From: Bugula neritina
Lineage: Eukaryota; Animalia; Bryozoa
Direction of reading: 5' to 3'
Length of the DNA: 64,000 nt
NCBI GenBank assembly: GCA_964035545.1
Contig: OZ037769.1
Coordinates: forward strand, 13,670,633 to 13,734,632
A program made the translations under genes and the position numbers. Positions 51,454 to 64,000 of this stretch are shown piece by piece. The first letter of the stretch is position 1. Each line of letters opens with the position of its first letter. Below the pieces are notes generated by a model that saw only the letters and a program-made list of their open reading frames with translations, was not told the origin of the DNA and searched no databases.

Positions 51454-54400
51454 ATGGTGCTACTGACAAGGGAGAGTTTGATTGTTTTGCTGCTGCTGGT
51501 GGTTCCTGCCCTGACAAAGTTTCACATCTATTCTGACTTTAGTAAGTCTTCACCTGTATTCAGTAATATCTACCTGTATTCAGTAATATCTACCTGTATT
51601 CAGTAATATCTACCTGTATTTAGTAATATCTACCTGTATTTACAGCAATATTCGCCTGTATTTAGTAATATTCACACAGGGTTAAATTCATTTTTTGTAT
51701 TCTATAAAGATTAATAAGTTTATTTGATAAAACCTAGGCATTTACTTATTACCAATTCAAACTTGTTTTTTGTATGTGTTGCATATATCATTCTGCCTAA
51801 TTATTTGTGCAATAGTGTAATGTGGAGGTAGTTTTATTTTATTATTGCTTCAAAAAACAGCAAATTATTGAAAAATTGGTTATAACAGCAAAACAAATTA
51901 AAATATGTAGTATATTTTTATTGCGCAATAATTTATTAAAAATGACTTTATAAAATATTGTGAGTTTCTTTGAAACTATATTTGAGAAATTATATAGATG
52001 TAAATCCCAAATTGAGGGTGATTGCTACGATTGCAGCAATGTCAACTTCGCCAAAAATAGGCCATGAACAACTGATTAATAGGTAATTATTCATAAACTT
52101 TTTCACATTTCTTAAAATACAAATGCATATATACAGTATGTTTTTGAAATCTCTGCAATAGTTGCCTAAAATTTTCCAATTATTGAATATTATTGAAATA
52201 ATATATTTGATTGATATTGTTTTTATAATTAATCTAATTAAGTTACATTATAGTTTCTGATTCCATATGAGAATTGGCTAAGAAGTTAGTATGTGTCAAG
52301 CACTTTCATATATCATCATCATGTTAAAAATATGCATGTATTTTCTTCTCATGCAATTGAAGTTTCACCACAACCTTTCTAGTTATATATAGTCATCGTT
52401 CTGGGCTAATTTCATGTAAATATATTGGATATAATATATATATAATAAACAATGAAGCAGCCATGATGTAGTGGGTAGATCGCTTGCCTAGTTAACACAA
52501 GATCAGTGCATAGTTTGAGTGCAAACATTGGCGGTGATGTTAGGAAGAGCATTCAGTTATATTTGTTCATGTGCCACATTAGAAAAAAGTCCTTAGCCGC
52601 TTAAACAACCCTTTCCATCAGGGAGAGCAACTATAAATTCACATAAATTATAGATAATAATTAGGTTGATATTTTATATCTTTATGCTGAAGTTGCACAA
52701 ACCTTTTATAAAGTGTTTCGTGCAATTATTTTTGTAAAATACATTTGGGACAAGAATGGCATATTACATACAATAGGTTATAGTATTTAGTACTGTATGT
52801 TAGATAAGTTATATGTTTATTACTCAACAGATCGTGGGCACATGGTCGCATTATTGTTGCTATATATATTAATAATTTGTAGATTTAGAGTTAGAAACTA
52901 TACTGTAACTTCGCGCCATTTCGTTAAATTATGGTTTAGGGTGCACTGCTTGAGAGAACGCAAAAATAAATTTGTAGGTCTGTTCCTTAAAGGGCATTTG
53001 AAGTTTTTATGTTAACAATGTAACTAATAAAAAGATATTTATTATGTCATTCTAAAAACTGCAAATTAAATAATAATAATATAATATAGTATGTAAAATA
53101 CACATTATATATATTGCATATATATGTAATTAAAAATTGTCAAATCAAAAATCTCCTCCCTCCCATGAGAAAAGATTCATAATTTTAAAATTAAGTTTTA
53201 TGTATAACGTTGCTTTATTTGCTTAAATTTTAAGTTTTATTAAATTTTAGTTTGAGTAATAGGCATGACTTAAAACTTCAAAAGTATTTAATGCATAAAA
53301 ATTTTGTGGTAATTTTGTTGATTCATTGCCATAAAATCTCGCCAGAAAACGTTGAACTTTCACTTATGGTAAACTGCCATTAAACAAAGCATTTATTGAA
53401 CTGTAATTTCTTCTCATGATGCTTTCTTTATGTATCTTCCAATATATCAAATAATTACTAATTAATTTAAAATTTACAGCAAGTTTACAGTTTGAGCTCC
53501 ATGCTAATATACTCAAAGATTAAACAGCTTATAGGAGAATGTTCGCTCCATTAGCTAAAAATTTGTCATGCAAATCTTCAACATGCAACTTGATATTTAT
53601 ATTCTCATCATTCATCAGCCTAATTACTGATGTCGTAATTTAAAATAATTAATTTCCTATTCTCAGAGAAAATTATTGTAGTGAAAAACTGAAAAATACA
53701 AACTTGTAATGCAATTGCAAAATATAATATCTATGAATTTTTTGTTGATTTTTATAAACCTTTTATTGACTAACGAAACTAATTGTGTTAGTGGAATATA
53801 CAAATATTTCAAGGCTTTTAACAAATAAACAAATGTTTTTTCAATGTTGACTTAAGCTATTAATCTGTATGCATTATTAAATTTTGAAAACATATTCTAC
53901 AAATTTAATTTTTATGAGGCTTTTAGCAATTTTCTGTTCATATGTCATTGCATTTTTATTTTGATGTTTCGAACCTCTCAAAATGCTGAAAAGTCTGAAA
54001 GTACTGTAGGGTGTAAGGGGATTAAAACATATTCTAATATTTATTATTTAAATATTTGGTTTACAAGATAAATTTAGAAGCTAAATAACAAAATAAAATA
54101 AAACTGGAAATTTTGGTTTAATTAACAATAATATATCAATAATAGCAAAGAAATGAGCAAAGATACACATGTTATATGGAGTCTTTTGTTATATGCCATC
54201 ATGATATTTCAGTGTTTCAAGCAATTGCTGCATGCTTGTATTATAATATTTGTTCGGAAGTATAATGGTAATCCATACTGCATGAGAAAGCTTTACTTAG
54301 CATCTCCAAGCACTAATCAAGTAATTAAAACATTTATTATTAATCGAGTATATTTTATAAGCACACTACAGTTGTTTAGATTATTGAGATTTTTATTTTA

Positions 54401-57400
54401 ATTGAAACTTGTCTGAAATTAATATGCTTTGAAATTATGCATCTAATTTTGCATCCAGATAAAGTTTCATTAGCCTTTCTTCATATATGGTGTCCAATTA
54501 TGCCTAAAATCCTTGCAAAGCTTAATCTATAATGCACTCAGTTTATAGCTAAATGATGCAAAGTTCAATATAATATATGCATGGTGAAGCATTCACCAGT
54601 GTTAACATAACCTTAAAATTTTAGATTAAAATTATAAAGAATGCGGATAGTTTGAGGGATTAGGAGTTGTGACATCCTACTTATGATGGACATTTGAAAT
54701 CTTCCAAGAATTGTGGCTACCATCTAAGTTCTTAGTAGCAATTACCCTAGCTGATATCAATGGCCAATGTGGGCTTGTGCCTATAAATTATTTTATAAGC
54801 AGCTTTGAGTTGGGGGTGACTGAGTGCAGTAACTCAAGATTCTTGGGTTTGGAGTTGGGGGCTTAAGCCCAAACTCAAGGATCCCAAACTATAGCACTCA
54901 GTCACCCTTAACTCAGAGCTGCTTATAGAATGATTTAATTTGTGTTTACAATAATGTTGCAATTTGCTAATATTAGCTCAAAGGAGTAGCATAAAATCTG
55001 GAATTCTAAAGAAATATTCTTTGGTGACGAATAAGACTAGAAAATAACAACTGCATGCTGTACACACACATGATGACATGTATTTTATGATGTGCGTATA
55101 TTTTTACTTGCTGTAATAAATAAACAGAGAAACAGAGAAAAAACACATGAATATTTATTTATTTAGTTTTATTCAGTAAACAAACTTTTTGTGAAATGAT
55201 CTGAAATGATAAACAACATATAAGAGCATTGATGTCAGAGCTTCCTATACTGATTATTAAAGGGTCATTTGTGATTATTCATAACTCTATCGAACTAATA
55301 TAAAGGAGAAAGCAAATTACTGTATGAAGTCAATTAGGATACCCAGTAGTACAGTAATTATTCAATTAACATCAATTTACTCATTAAAAACTTACTTTCA
55401 GTGAATGTATATAGTCAAGCAGCAGCTTCTGAAGCAAGAAATGCAGATCAGCTAAGGAGTGGATATAAAAGGGCGCGTGGGGCAAAGGGTTAATGCAACA
55501 TTGAATAACTAGTTTTAAATCTTAATTTAAAAACATTTCAAAAGTGAAAATATATACTATATAAAATTTAAATAAGTATTCTTATTTTTGTTGAGTAATA
55601 CAATATTATTATTAAATTAGTATAAGACTTGCCAGAGCTGTGGAAAAGATGGAGCCAAAAAGTTTTACCCCCAGCTGCATTAGCTGTATCTTCCACTATT
55701 TGGTCATATGTGCTTTTAGGTATTTGTTATGCCTAATTTGTCACAAATTTATAAATACATAAGAGTGTAAACATATCTAGAATATAGAATAGTTGCACTA
55801 CAGCAAATGTTCTAACACACTGCAGTATATCTACAGTATATACTACAGTACACTACAGCATATTACATACCGCAGTATAATACAACAAGCTACAGTAGCA
55901 GCACAATATTGCATGCTACAGGATTACTACATCTACTATACAGCAACACTAAATCACAAGTACTACCACCAGCTTTTCTACCAATATGTTGCAGTCATTA
56001 TATTTTCTGCTTTACATATACTTGTTGGACTTTATAATTTCCGGAGTTTGCTGTAAACCATTGCAGTATAATGACAGTAGGTTATTAAAATTTTATTATT
56101 TAATTTACAATTTACAAATATAAGAAATGTCTATTCTTATTTCTGTTTTCTGTTTATCACATCACTAAAAAGGTATTTTACAATATAAAAAAGTAAATAA
56201 GTCAAACAGCTAATCTTATTCAAGCTTTGTATAATTTAGCAGATGAAAATCAAATTTCTGTTCACAACTGCACCTATCCTAATTCAGTTATTTGATAAAA
56301 AATACTAATTAAATTGAAAACAGTTTAGTTTGAGAGAAATTGGGTTTCACTGATTTATGAAAATTTTTTTTGCTAGCTTTGTAATAATATTTTATGTTAT
56401 TTTAATTTAGTACTCACATCATAGACCAAAAAATCGCATTTTGAGAAGTTTCATTATGTTTTGTATATGTTATATAATTATTAAAACAGCTATGCATCTT
56501 TTTAAGGGTTGCACTAATTTATTTTGAAATTATGCAAAGTTTACTATATATTTCATCCCATTAACTGAGTTACTGCTGGTATGTCTAACATTATTTATAT
56601 AGTTGGTATTTAATTCGAGTCATTGCAGTTTCTCAGGTTTATGTTTTATAATTTTTATCCAATCATGTTCCTTGATTACACTGCAGCTTAAAGATTTAAA
56701 AAACAAGTTAATATTAAAATAATAAAAGAAAAGCGTTTAACTGAAAGCCAACTCACTAAAATTGCATTTAAAACCTGAAATCGAATAGATACATTGATTA
56801 TTGAATATAATTTAATTAACAATATTATCATTTATTAAAATAAAATATTTGCTATATTTTAAAATAATCCTACTGCTGTTTTACTTTGTGTAAAATAATG
56901 CTTAGATTATATTTTATTGAACATAGAATTTTTTAGTTTACTGACTTTCCACATAATATTATTATGTAAGCATCAGTGTTGAAGCTGACGGTACGGGGTA
57001 CAGGGTGCATGGATGGCTTTTATATACATCAAATACATTTCCATACTTTGCATTAGCAAATAATTTTTTTCAAGGCATGCGTGCAGGAACAGTGTCAATT
57101 GAATGAAACTGCAATGATAGGGACATGCAGTTTTCCATTCAACGTAGTTCGTATATATGAGCATATCTCCAACGAATTCATTCAATCCATGAGGATGTAG
57201 CGAATGACACACAATTTTATAGAATATAATAGTATACTGAAACAGTAAGTTGTCATCAAAAGTCAAAAGGTTTCAAGGATGCAAATAATTTGATACTAAA
57301 TTGATAATAATTTGACATTTGACTGGTGCACCACCTGGTAACAGCTCCTGTCTAATAATTACTATCGTAATTATATGCTTGTACACGTGTCAACAAAGAG

Positions 57401-60400
57401 ACCTGTTTACAAGCACCTTATTGTGCCCCTTCACCCTGGGCCTCTTGAGACCCTTTCTAGCCACTTTACAATTGCTTGTTGGGAGTATCAGGTTGTTATC
57501 TAGCCTTTTGCAATATGTTTCATCCTTTATATTCAGTGAGTGACCTACAGCATGTACACAAGGGAAAGGGGTATAACCAGGTCACTGTTAACTAGTTGTG
57601 TAATTCTTCGTGCACTGAATGAAATGTGAAAAAACAGGACGCGATGTGTGAGTTTGTCTGTGCAGTTGGAATTGTAGATAAAACTAAGGATGAGAGGAAA
57701 ACCCCCTTTGTTTTCTTTATAAAAATAGCTGGCCAACACTTTGTTTATATACCAAACAACTTGGCTTTACAGCATTCAAATTTTAAAGCATAAAATACTC
57801 TCTATATTTTAAATTGCTTTTTCAAATGTTTTAAATAATATAACATCTTTTATTTCTAAACAGATTTGCATCACATGATAATTGTATATAGTCAATTGAG
57901 CAGGATAATTAGTTGTAAATATAATAAAAAAATATAATTTTTTAGCACATTCTATATTATGACACACCACTTATAAGCTAAATAAAGTACGTCGCTATAA
58001 ACCTTGTCATTTTTAGACACTGTGAACTGTAACACAAGTGTCACAGAAGCTGTCAGACACAGTGACAGGTCCATGCAGGTGGCACCACCAGTGTTCACTA
58101 ACGACATGTTTGGAGAACCATTCTACTGTGTGTATCAGTTTATTGCTCCAGAGGGATACTATGTCATGTCAGAGGTTAAGAGTGTGGTTACAGCCCACCA
58201 TTCCTTTAACTTCACCAAGCAAAGGTATATACAATATTTATTAAGTCAAAAACGCTTGTTTTCCGCTCTATGGGAATCGCTGACAAAAAGTGTTTGTAAG
58301 AGAACTAATACTGGTTTGAGGACTTTAGGTGTCATTCCAGTTAGACGCTAGGCTAAATTTCCCACATGGGCGTTTCCCAGTGAGACGCTATTTGTTTATT
58401 TTGGTACCATAATAATGTATATAGCTGTTGTATTAATTGCTAAATAGCTAATATGCTAATAGTTATAACATCTGGGATAAAACCGAATTTTACTGTGGTA
58501 CAGTAGCAATATGATTGGATTCTCTTCCTGACATCACCAATTGGCCTGAACTCAAAACCATGGGATTTTTATCATACCATACGCAACCTTCAATAAAAAG
58601 TCATTATAAAATTGTATGCACTATTTTATACACTAGTATGTAATTAAACTCGATTCTCCATAAAGCTGCTTTGTAATGTTAGACCTCACAAGCCTGATAA
58701 ATACTTCAGGTAGAGTATAGCAATTTCAGTTAGTTTTCAGTTGTCTCCCCTTTTCTTTGCTGTATATGCTGCATGTATAATATATACATTGTTATATTAA
58801 TTAATGGGACTGGATCCAAACAGCTGAGTTTATTTTGCATATGTAATAATTTACAGCAAATATGCATGCATGCTAATTTATTAGTACACTAACATTCATA
58901 AAACTAACTATATATATGATTTTGCATTTATTATAATGGCTATATGTTTGTCCAAGCATATAATATTACCACAATGATATTACATAAAGAATAAAATACA
59001 AATCTATTAAAATGTAGTCTTTTGAAAGTGGTGAAAGAGATACTAAATAATGGGAAACCCCATAATGTGATGTTGCTTAGACATTTTATTACATAATGTA
59101 TGGTTTAAAAGGAGTAGGCCTTACTAAAGACTAATTGGTTTTATGTAAGACCTACATTCATTTGCTTTAGTTGTGGAAAGAAGAATTATTTGAGAATATG
59201 GGATGGCATTCAACAGTCTCCATGGAAACCAACAGATCTTTGTGGTTTTTATCAAAAGGATACTATTAATGTAAGTATTTATATCTAAAAAAAATTAATT
59301 TATTATAATTGCAATGCTTTTTGGTTTTCTAAACAGAATCAAGGTCAATGATTATTCAATATTCAGGTAAAGAGAATTGTGTCTGGTAGAGAAATGAAGA
59401 TCGAATTTCGAGTGGAAAAGTTGACAGAGCATACAACTTATGACGTGAGAGTTAGCTTTCAGCCAATCGGTAAGCAGTAAATAATAGGTCAGCAGGATTC
59501 TTTTGTTCATATAGTACTGCTTATTTTGTTTGTTTTTTTCTTCATTTATGCATGTTTAAAAGCATCATAACCATAATCCTAAATGCTTTCACTATTAGTA
59601 TATATACTAACACTTCATATTAATTAATAACAAAATTTATCTCATTGTGACTTATATGTTACCAATATGATGCTTTGATACTAGTACCTCACTTATTTGT
59701 GTAGAACTTTCCCACGAAACTATCGAAACTCGCTTTGGTGGCTACAACGATGTTCTTGGCAAAGTTCCAGGCACACGTAAGTTTAGCTGTCGGTAATATA
59801 CATACTTTCACACTAAATGTAAATAAATAAGTTCACAAGTGAGTTGATGCTACTTATAAAGTTATATACCAATTAATTGTTTGAAATTTTCATTTTCTCA
59901 ATATAGTTTGTGATTGGAATATAGAAGTGAACAAGTGCGTTGGTTTCTGTGAAGTTACCTCCCCTGGATTTCCCGGCATTTATCCCCCTCACATTGCGTG
60001 TACATATAAACTGATGAATATGGAGGGAGAGAGAGTTGAGCTTTATTTGTCTGGAATGAATAGCAGGCTGGGTGGAAAGTTTGACATTAAGAGAAGGTAA
60101 CTCTTTGGTGTGATTGGTTAATGTTCATAATGCACACCTTAAAGGATTGCTCTATCTTGTCTAATAAATGGCCATTTAGGTCAAACACACATAATATTGT
60201 GTTTTTCTAAGCATGCATTGACAAAAAGCATTTGACCAAAGGTAGAAAAAGTTAGTTGAAGTTGAGGGTGTAGATTGGTAACAGCCAAAACGGCGATTTT
60301 GAAATGAGTTGGGAAATGTGACGTAACAGCGCCAGCATTCCTGCTGGTCACGTGACTATACAAATGAATAACTATAGAAATATGACTGTGAGACGTGATC

Positions 60401-63194
60401 TTTCAGCTCGTAATTTGTATATTTATAGAAGTGCAAATGTGAATTATCTCAATCTATAGTTTTTTGACATTTTAAATAACATGTATGTGATAACATTAGG
60501 CCATATTTTGCTTGTAAACATTAGAAAAAAGCATTGCAAAAACATGCATTCTTTAGGATGAATGCCTGCGATCGATCTAAACTAGGTCAGATTGTGCAAT
60601 ATTACGGGCACGCCAAAGCTGACCTATATAGCGCGCTGTAACTGCTTGAGCGTTATTGGTTGATGTTGTGCTCAGCAACTTTGAATACTAGCGTTATAGT
60701 TAGCACGTGCAGCATAGTTACTGGCGTTCACACGTCACGTATTAGGCTATTCTTTTTCATGGCTGAAAATTTTACCTCCCTCAAAATTGGAATTTTGAAA
60801 AGCTGTTTTCTAGGCACATATCCCTTTGCAAAGTCACAATTGTTTGCATACACATTAGATTATAGTTCATAATTATAATGTGATTGTAATAAACTAAGAT
60901 TGAGCAATCCTTTAAATGCAAATATAAGTATGTTAAAAATAGTTTATGTTAAACAAAAACTTTTGTGACTTGTAAACCAAGCAATTTTTATCTAGATTTT
61001 GCCTGAAACTATACTAGACAAATAAATGCTTGCTTGTCAGGCTAAAATTTCATTCTCTACAGTAATACTAATAATTCATTCGATTTAATTGAACAAAATT
61101 CTAAGCAATCAAAAATATAGTTTGTGTTATTTATTCCTATAAACAAAGTATAAATTGCAATTTTATGTGAATAATTTTAAACTACAAAATACACATTACC
61201 AAAATATATTACAGTAACGCTTAATGAACACTATTGATGCCTGAATAATTAGTAATAATGTAATGATTATGCTGTAACTATAAAATTTATAGTTACAGTT
61301 AATTTGCTTCAAAGTCAACGTGCAACATGTTCTATTCTACAGACTTCAATTAAACTCACTATGTTTACTTATAATAGTGATGAGTGTTCAGAAGACAAGG
61401 TGGTTGTGTTTGATGGGGAGACAATTCAAGATCCAATAATTGGCATATTTTGTGGTGAGTTGGCAGCCCCTGAGATAATCTCGACCGGATCAGCTCTGCT
61501 AATACAGTTGGTGTCCTTAGCGGGAACTGCACCATGGCACTACAGTGGTTTTGATGCCAGAGTTACCCACAGATATCCCAGTAAGTGTCTATGAGTCGCA
61601 TCCATAAGTCATATCTATGAGTCATATCTATGAGTCATATCCATGAGTCATATCTGTGATTCACATCCATGAGTCATATCTGTGATTCACACCCATTAGT
61701 CATATCTATGAGTCATATCTGTGATTCACACCCATGAGTCATATCCCTAAGTCATATCTGTGATTCACATTCATGAGTCACCTCAATGAGTTATCTTCAT
61801 GAGTCATATCCATCTAATAACCCAGTCATACTGTAGCAAGTTTGCCAATTGGTGTGTCCTTGCATAAAGCAACTTTGAAAATATGGACAGCACAATGAAG
61901 CAATGCAATATAATTTTAGTAAAACTTGATAGTTATAATTTGAATATGATGCATATGTTCACTGAATATTGCTTTATCTTAGTGAAGCATCAGCTTGCTT
62001 GTTTTATACGAGCTATAATATTAACCCAACTTATGCTAGAATTCCAAGTCTCCAGCTGTTCACAGCTATCACAAAGCTTTTCATTTGTACCAAAAGCCAT
62101 GATGGCATAACTCCAATCACAACAGACCCAAAATCTTCCAAGCTATGTACTGTCAGTTTACTGTACCAATGTTGATGTTTTATCATAAATAATCCTGCAG
62201 ATTTCTGACCTTTTTTCCACCTTGGTTCATGTCTACTTCTTCAGGCCAGTTTTTACACTAAATTTCGCAACATGTTTTCATGTCTGTGATATGTAATAAA
62301 TAAATCAATCAAAATAATGCTGCGGTTTTATCAGGTAAGTTTAGAACTGGGATGCCAGTTGGCGGAAAGCTCTGCACATGGGAGTTCAACTCTACAATAG
62401 ACAAGTTCGGGACAATACACACGCCCGACCACCAGACCACTGAAGGGATCGAGTGCGAATATAGATTCTTTGGAAAAAAGGATGAGGTGGTGGAGCTAGA
62501 AATCAGGATAAGCTATTTAGAGTAAGAGTTGCTAGAAACCTGTTAGATTGCATAGTCATAAGATCTTGGTTAGAGTTTAGGACCCAATACAATATTCTAA
62601 TGCAAATTCAGTTGTATGTTTAGACTTTGATTTATCATGTAAGTGTGGGTCGTGTAATTAAAAGGATTTTATAGGTAAGGATTTACTACTTGTCAAGCTT
62701 TTATTGACTTTAAAATGCCTCACTTTTTCAAAAGTATTCAAATAATTTAGTTTCCCACTAATTATTAATTTGTGTTAGTAAATGATCCACTAGATTTCAA
62801 AAGAAATTTTGACTGTGACTCTATGCATACATTTTTGAGTTTTCAACCCTAAATTTATTGCGGTGGTATGCCAAAAGTTACAAAGTATGATTAAACTTGA
62901 ATCCTATGTCTAACTTTCATCAAGTTCAATAAAAAGTTGAATAGAATGTATATAAGAGTTCTTGCTGTACGTATACTTAATATTTCATATGATTTTGCAG
63001 AGAAAATGAAGAGTTTTTGTTTATTTATGATGGAACGTTCCCAGAAAAGATATGGAGTGAGAATGCCGAAGAAATGAAAGAGGAGTTTGCATATTTCAAC
63101 ACAACAACCAGTACGCCTGTTATTCAATATTTGCTAAACAAACCACAGCTCTCCAACGCCCAACCCATATTTATACATTACAGATTCGTCAATT
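51454..63194 (+). CDS. Multi-CUB-domain secreted or membrane protein, 3' end outside the window
   Basis: Exons 51454-51541 (signal MVLLTRESLIVLLLLVVPALT), 58017-58224, 59171-59270, 59367-59469, 59705-59776, 59907-60096, 61378-61580, 62335-62521, 63001-63194, phase-consistent; CUB motifs VTSPGFPGIYPPHIACTY, ECSEDKVVVFDG..IGIFCG..STGSALLIQL..GFDA; at least 3 CUB domains. Confidence 0.88.
51541..51670. repeat. 20-bp minisatellite starting at the exon 1 donor
   Basis: AGTAATATCTACCTGTATTC units. Confidence 0.92.
52454..52645 (+). mobile_element. Diverged tRNA-derived SINE, family 1
   Basis: GCAGCCATG..GGTGATGTTAGGAAGAGCAT..AGTCCTTAGCC..ACTATAAA shared with the other copies. Confidence 0.8.
54784..54937. 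mobile_element. ~150-bp palindromic MITE-like element
   Basis: TATAAGCAGCTTTGAGTTGGGGGTGACTGAGTGC / GCACTCAGTCACCCTTAACTCAGAGCTGCTTATA inverted arms. Confidence 0.75.
60143..60911. mobile_element. Non-autonomous DNA transposon with TTAA TSD (Kolobok-like AGG ends)
   Basis: TTAA-AGGATTGCTCTATCTT ... AAGATTGAGCAATCCT-TTAA; 15/16 TIR match. Confidence 0.85.
61588..61812. repeat. 13-bp tandem repeat containing TGAGTCA
   Basis: ATGAGTCATATC(T/C) and GTGATTCACA units starting just after the exon 7 donor. Confidence 0.9.
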
Positions 63195-63642
63195 GTGAGT
63201 TGCTTTCTCTTGCAATAGTGTAGATTATATATATTATACATTGCGCTACAAATTATACTATATGTATTATACAAAGCCCTATTCTATACTATATACTATA
63301 TTATACTGTCCATTAAACAATATACACTATATAGCTATATATACTATGTGTAACACTGCCTACTATAATACTATACTATAAACTATATTATATATATTAT
63401 ACTTTATTACTATACTACAAATTGCACTGCATCACATACTATATACACACTATACTATGCTATACTATGTGACTATACATGGTAATATACTATACTATAG
63501 TCTATTCTTTGCACTATGTATATTATGCTACACATTACACCTTATATTATATACTATAATATCTGCACTATACGCTATACACTGTATTACTATGCATTAA
63601 ATAAAACTAAACTATATATTATAATTTTATATTATATTATGC

Positions 63643-63865
63643 CAGGGTTGGGCTACTGGGGGCCCCACGGCCACCTGAGGCCTTTGCCTATTCTTCAGTG
63701 GCCTTTTCAATGTTTAAGATAGGTAAAAACTGTCATCGTTATTCTGATTAGCAGAGTTTATCTTTGATGACAAATTACTTTACTATAATAAAATTTAATA
63801 TGTGGCCCTTTGTTTTAGCTGACTTCTAAACTTGCCCATCATGCAAAAGAAGTTGCCCACCCCTG
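63643..63865. mobile_element. hAT-type MITE with 8-bp TSD
   Basis: CAGGGTTGGGC..GCCCACCCCTG termini; flanks TATTATGC / TACTATGC (7/8). Confidence 0.8.
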
Positions 63866-64000
63866 TACTATGCTTTATATTATAGTGTATGTTATACTGC
63901 ATTATATATGTACTATACGAGTATATTACATATTGACTATTATACAGCGTACTATATATGCAGTGAACTACACATTATACTATGTACTATACTTTATTGT

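Overview
AT-rich, intron-rich animal (invertebrate) genomic DNA; the taxon cannot be fixed from sequence alone. Most listed ORFs are exon fragments or repeat artefacts, so gene models were built by hand from splice sites with matching intron phases. Left to right: (1) a ~0.8 kb (GTGTGC)n microsatellite; (2) three tandem minus-strand genes for very small signal peptide + low-complexity (Thr-rich, Ala/Pro-rich or Ser/Thr/Asn-rich) + GPI-signal proteins, with only phase-1 introns and an RFX X-box-like motif 210-214 bp upstream of each ATG; (3) FAF1 (15 exons, minus) head-to-head with MRPL40 (5 exons, plus); (4) a type I membrane protein with about 4 CUB domains, a mucin stalk and an FDNPTY tail (minus); (5) an unrecognised 354-aa type II single-pass protein (plus); (6) a multi-CUB secreted or membrane protein running off the window (plus). 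Introns hold a tRNA-derived SINE family with TSDs, several MITEs (TA, TTAA and 8-bp TSD types) and many minisatellites, several seeded right at exon junctions. The best candidate for an undescribed system is the cluster of tiny modular GPI-anchored glycopeptides, possibly a glycocalyx module of ciliated cells.
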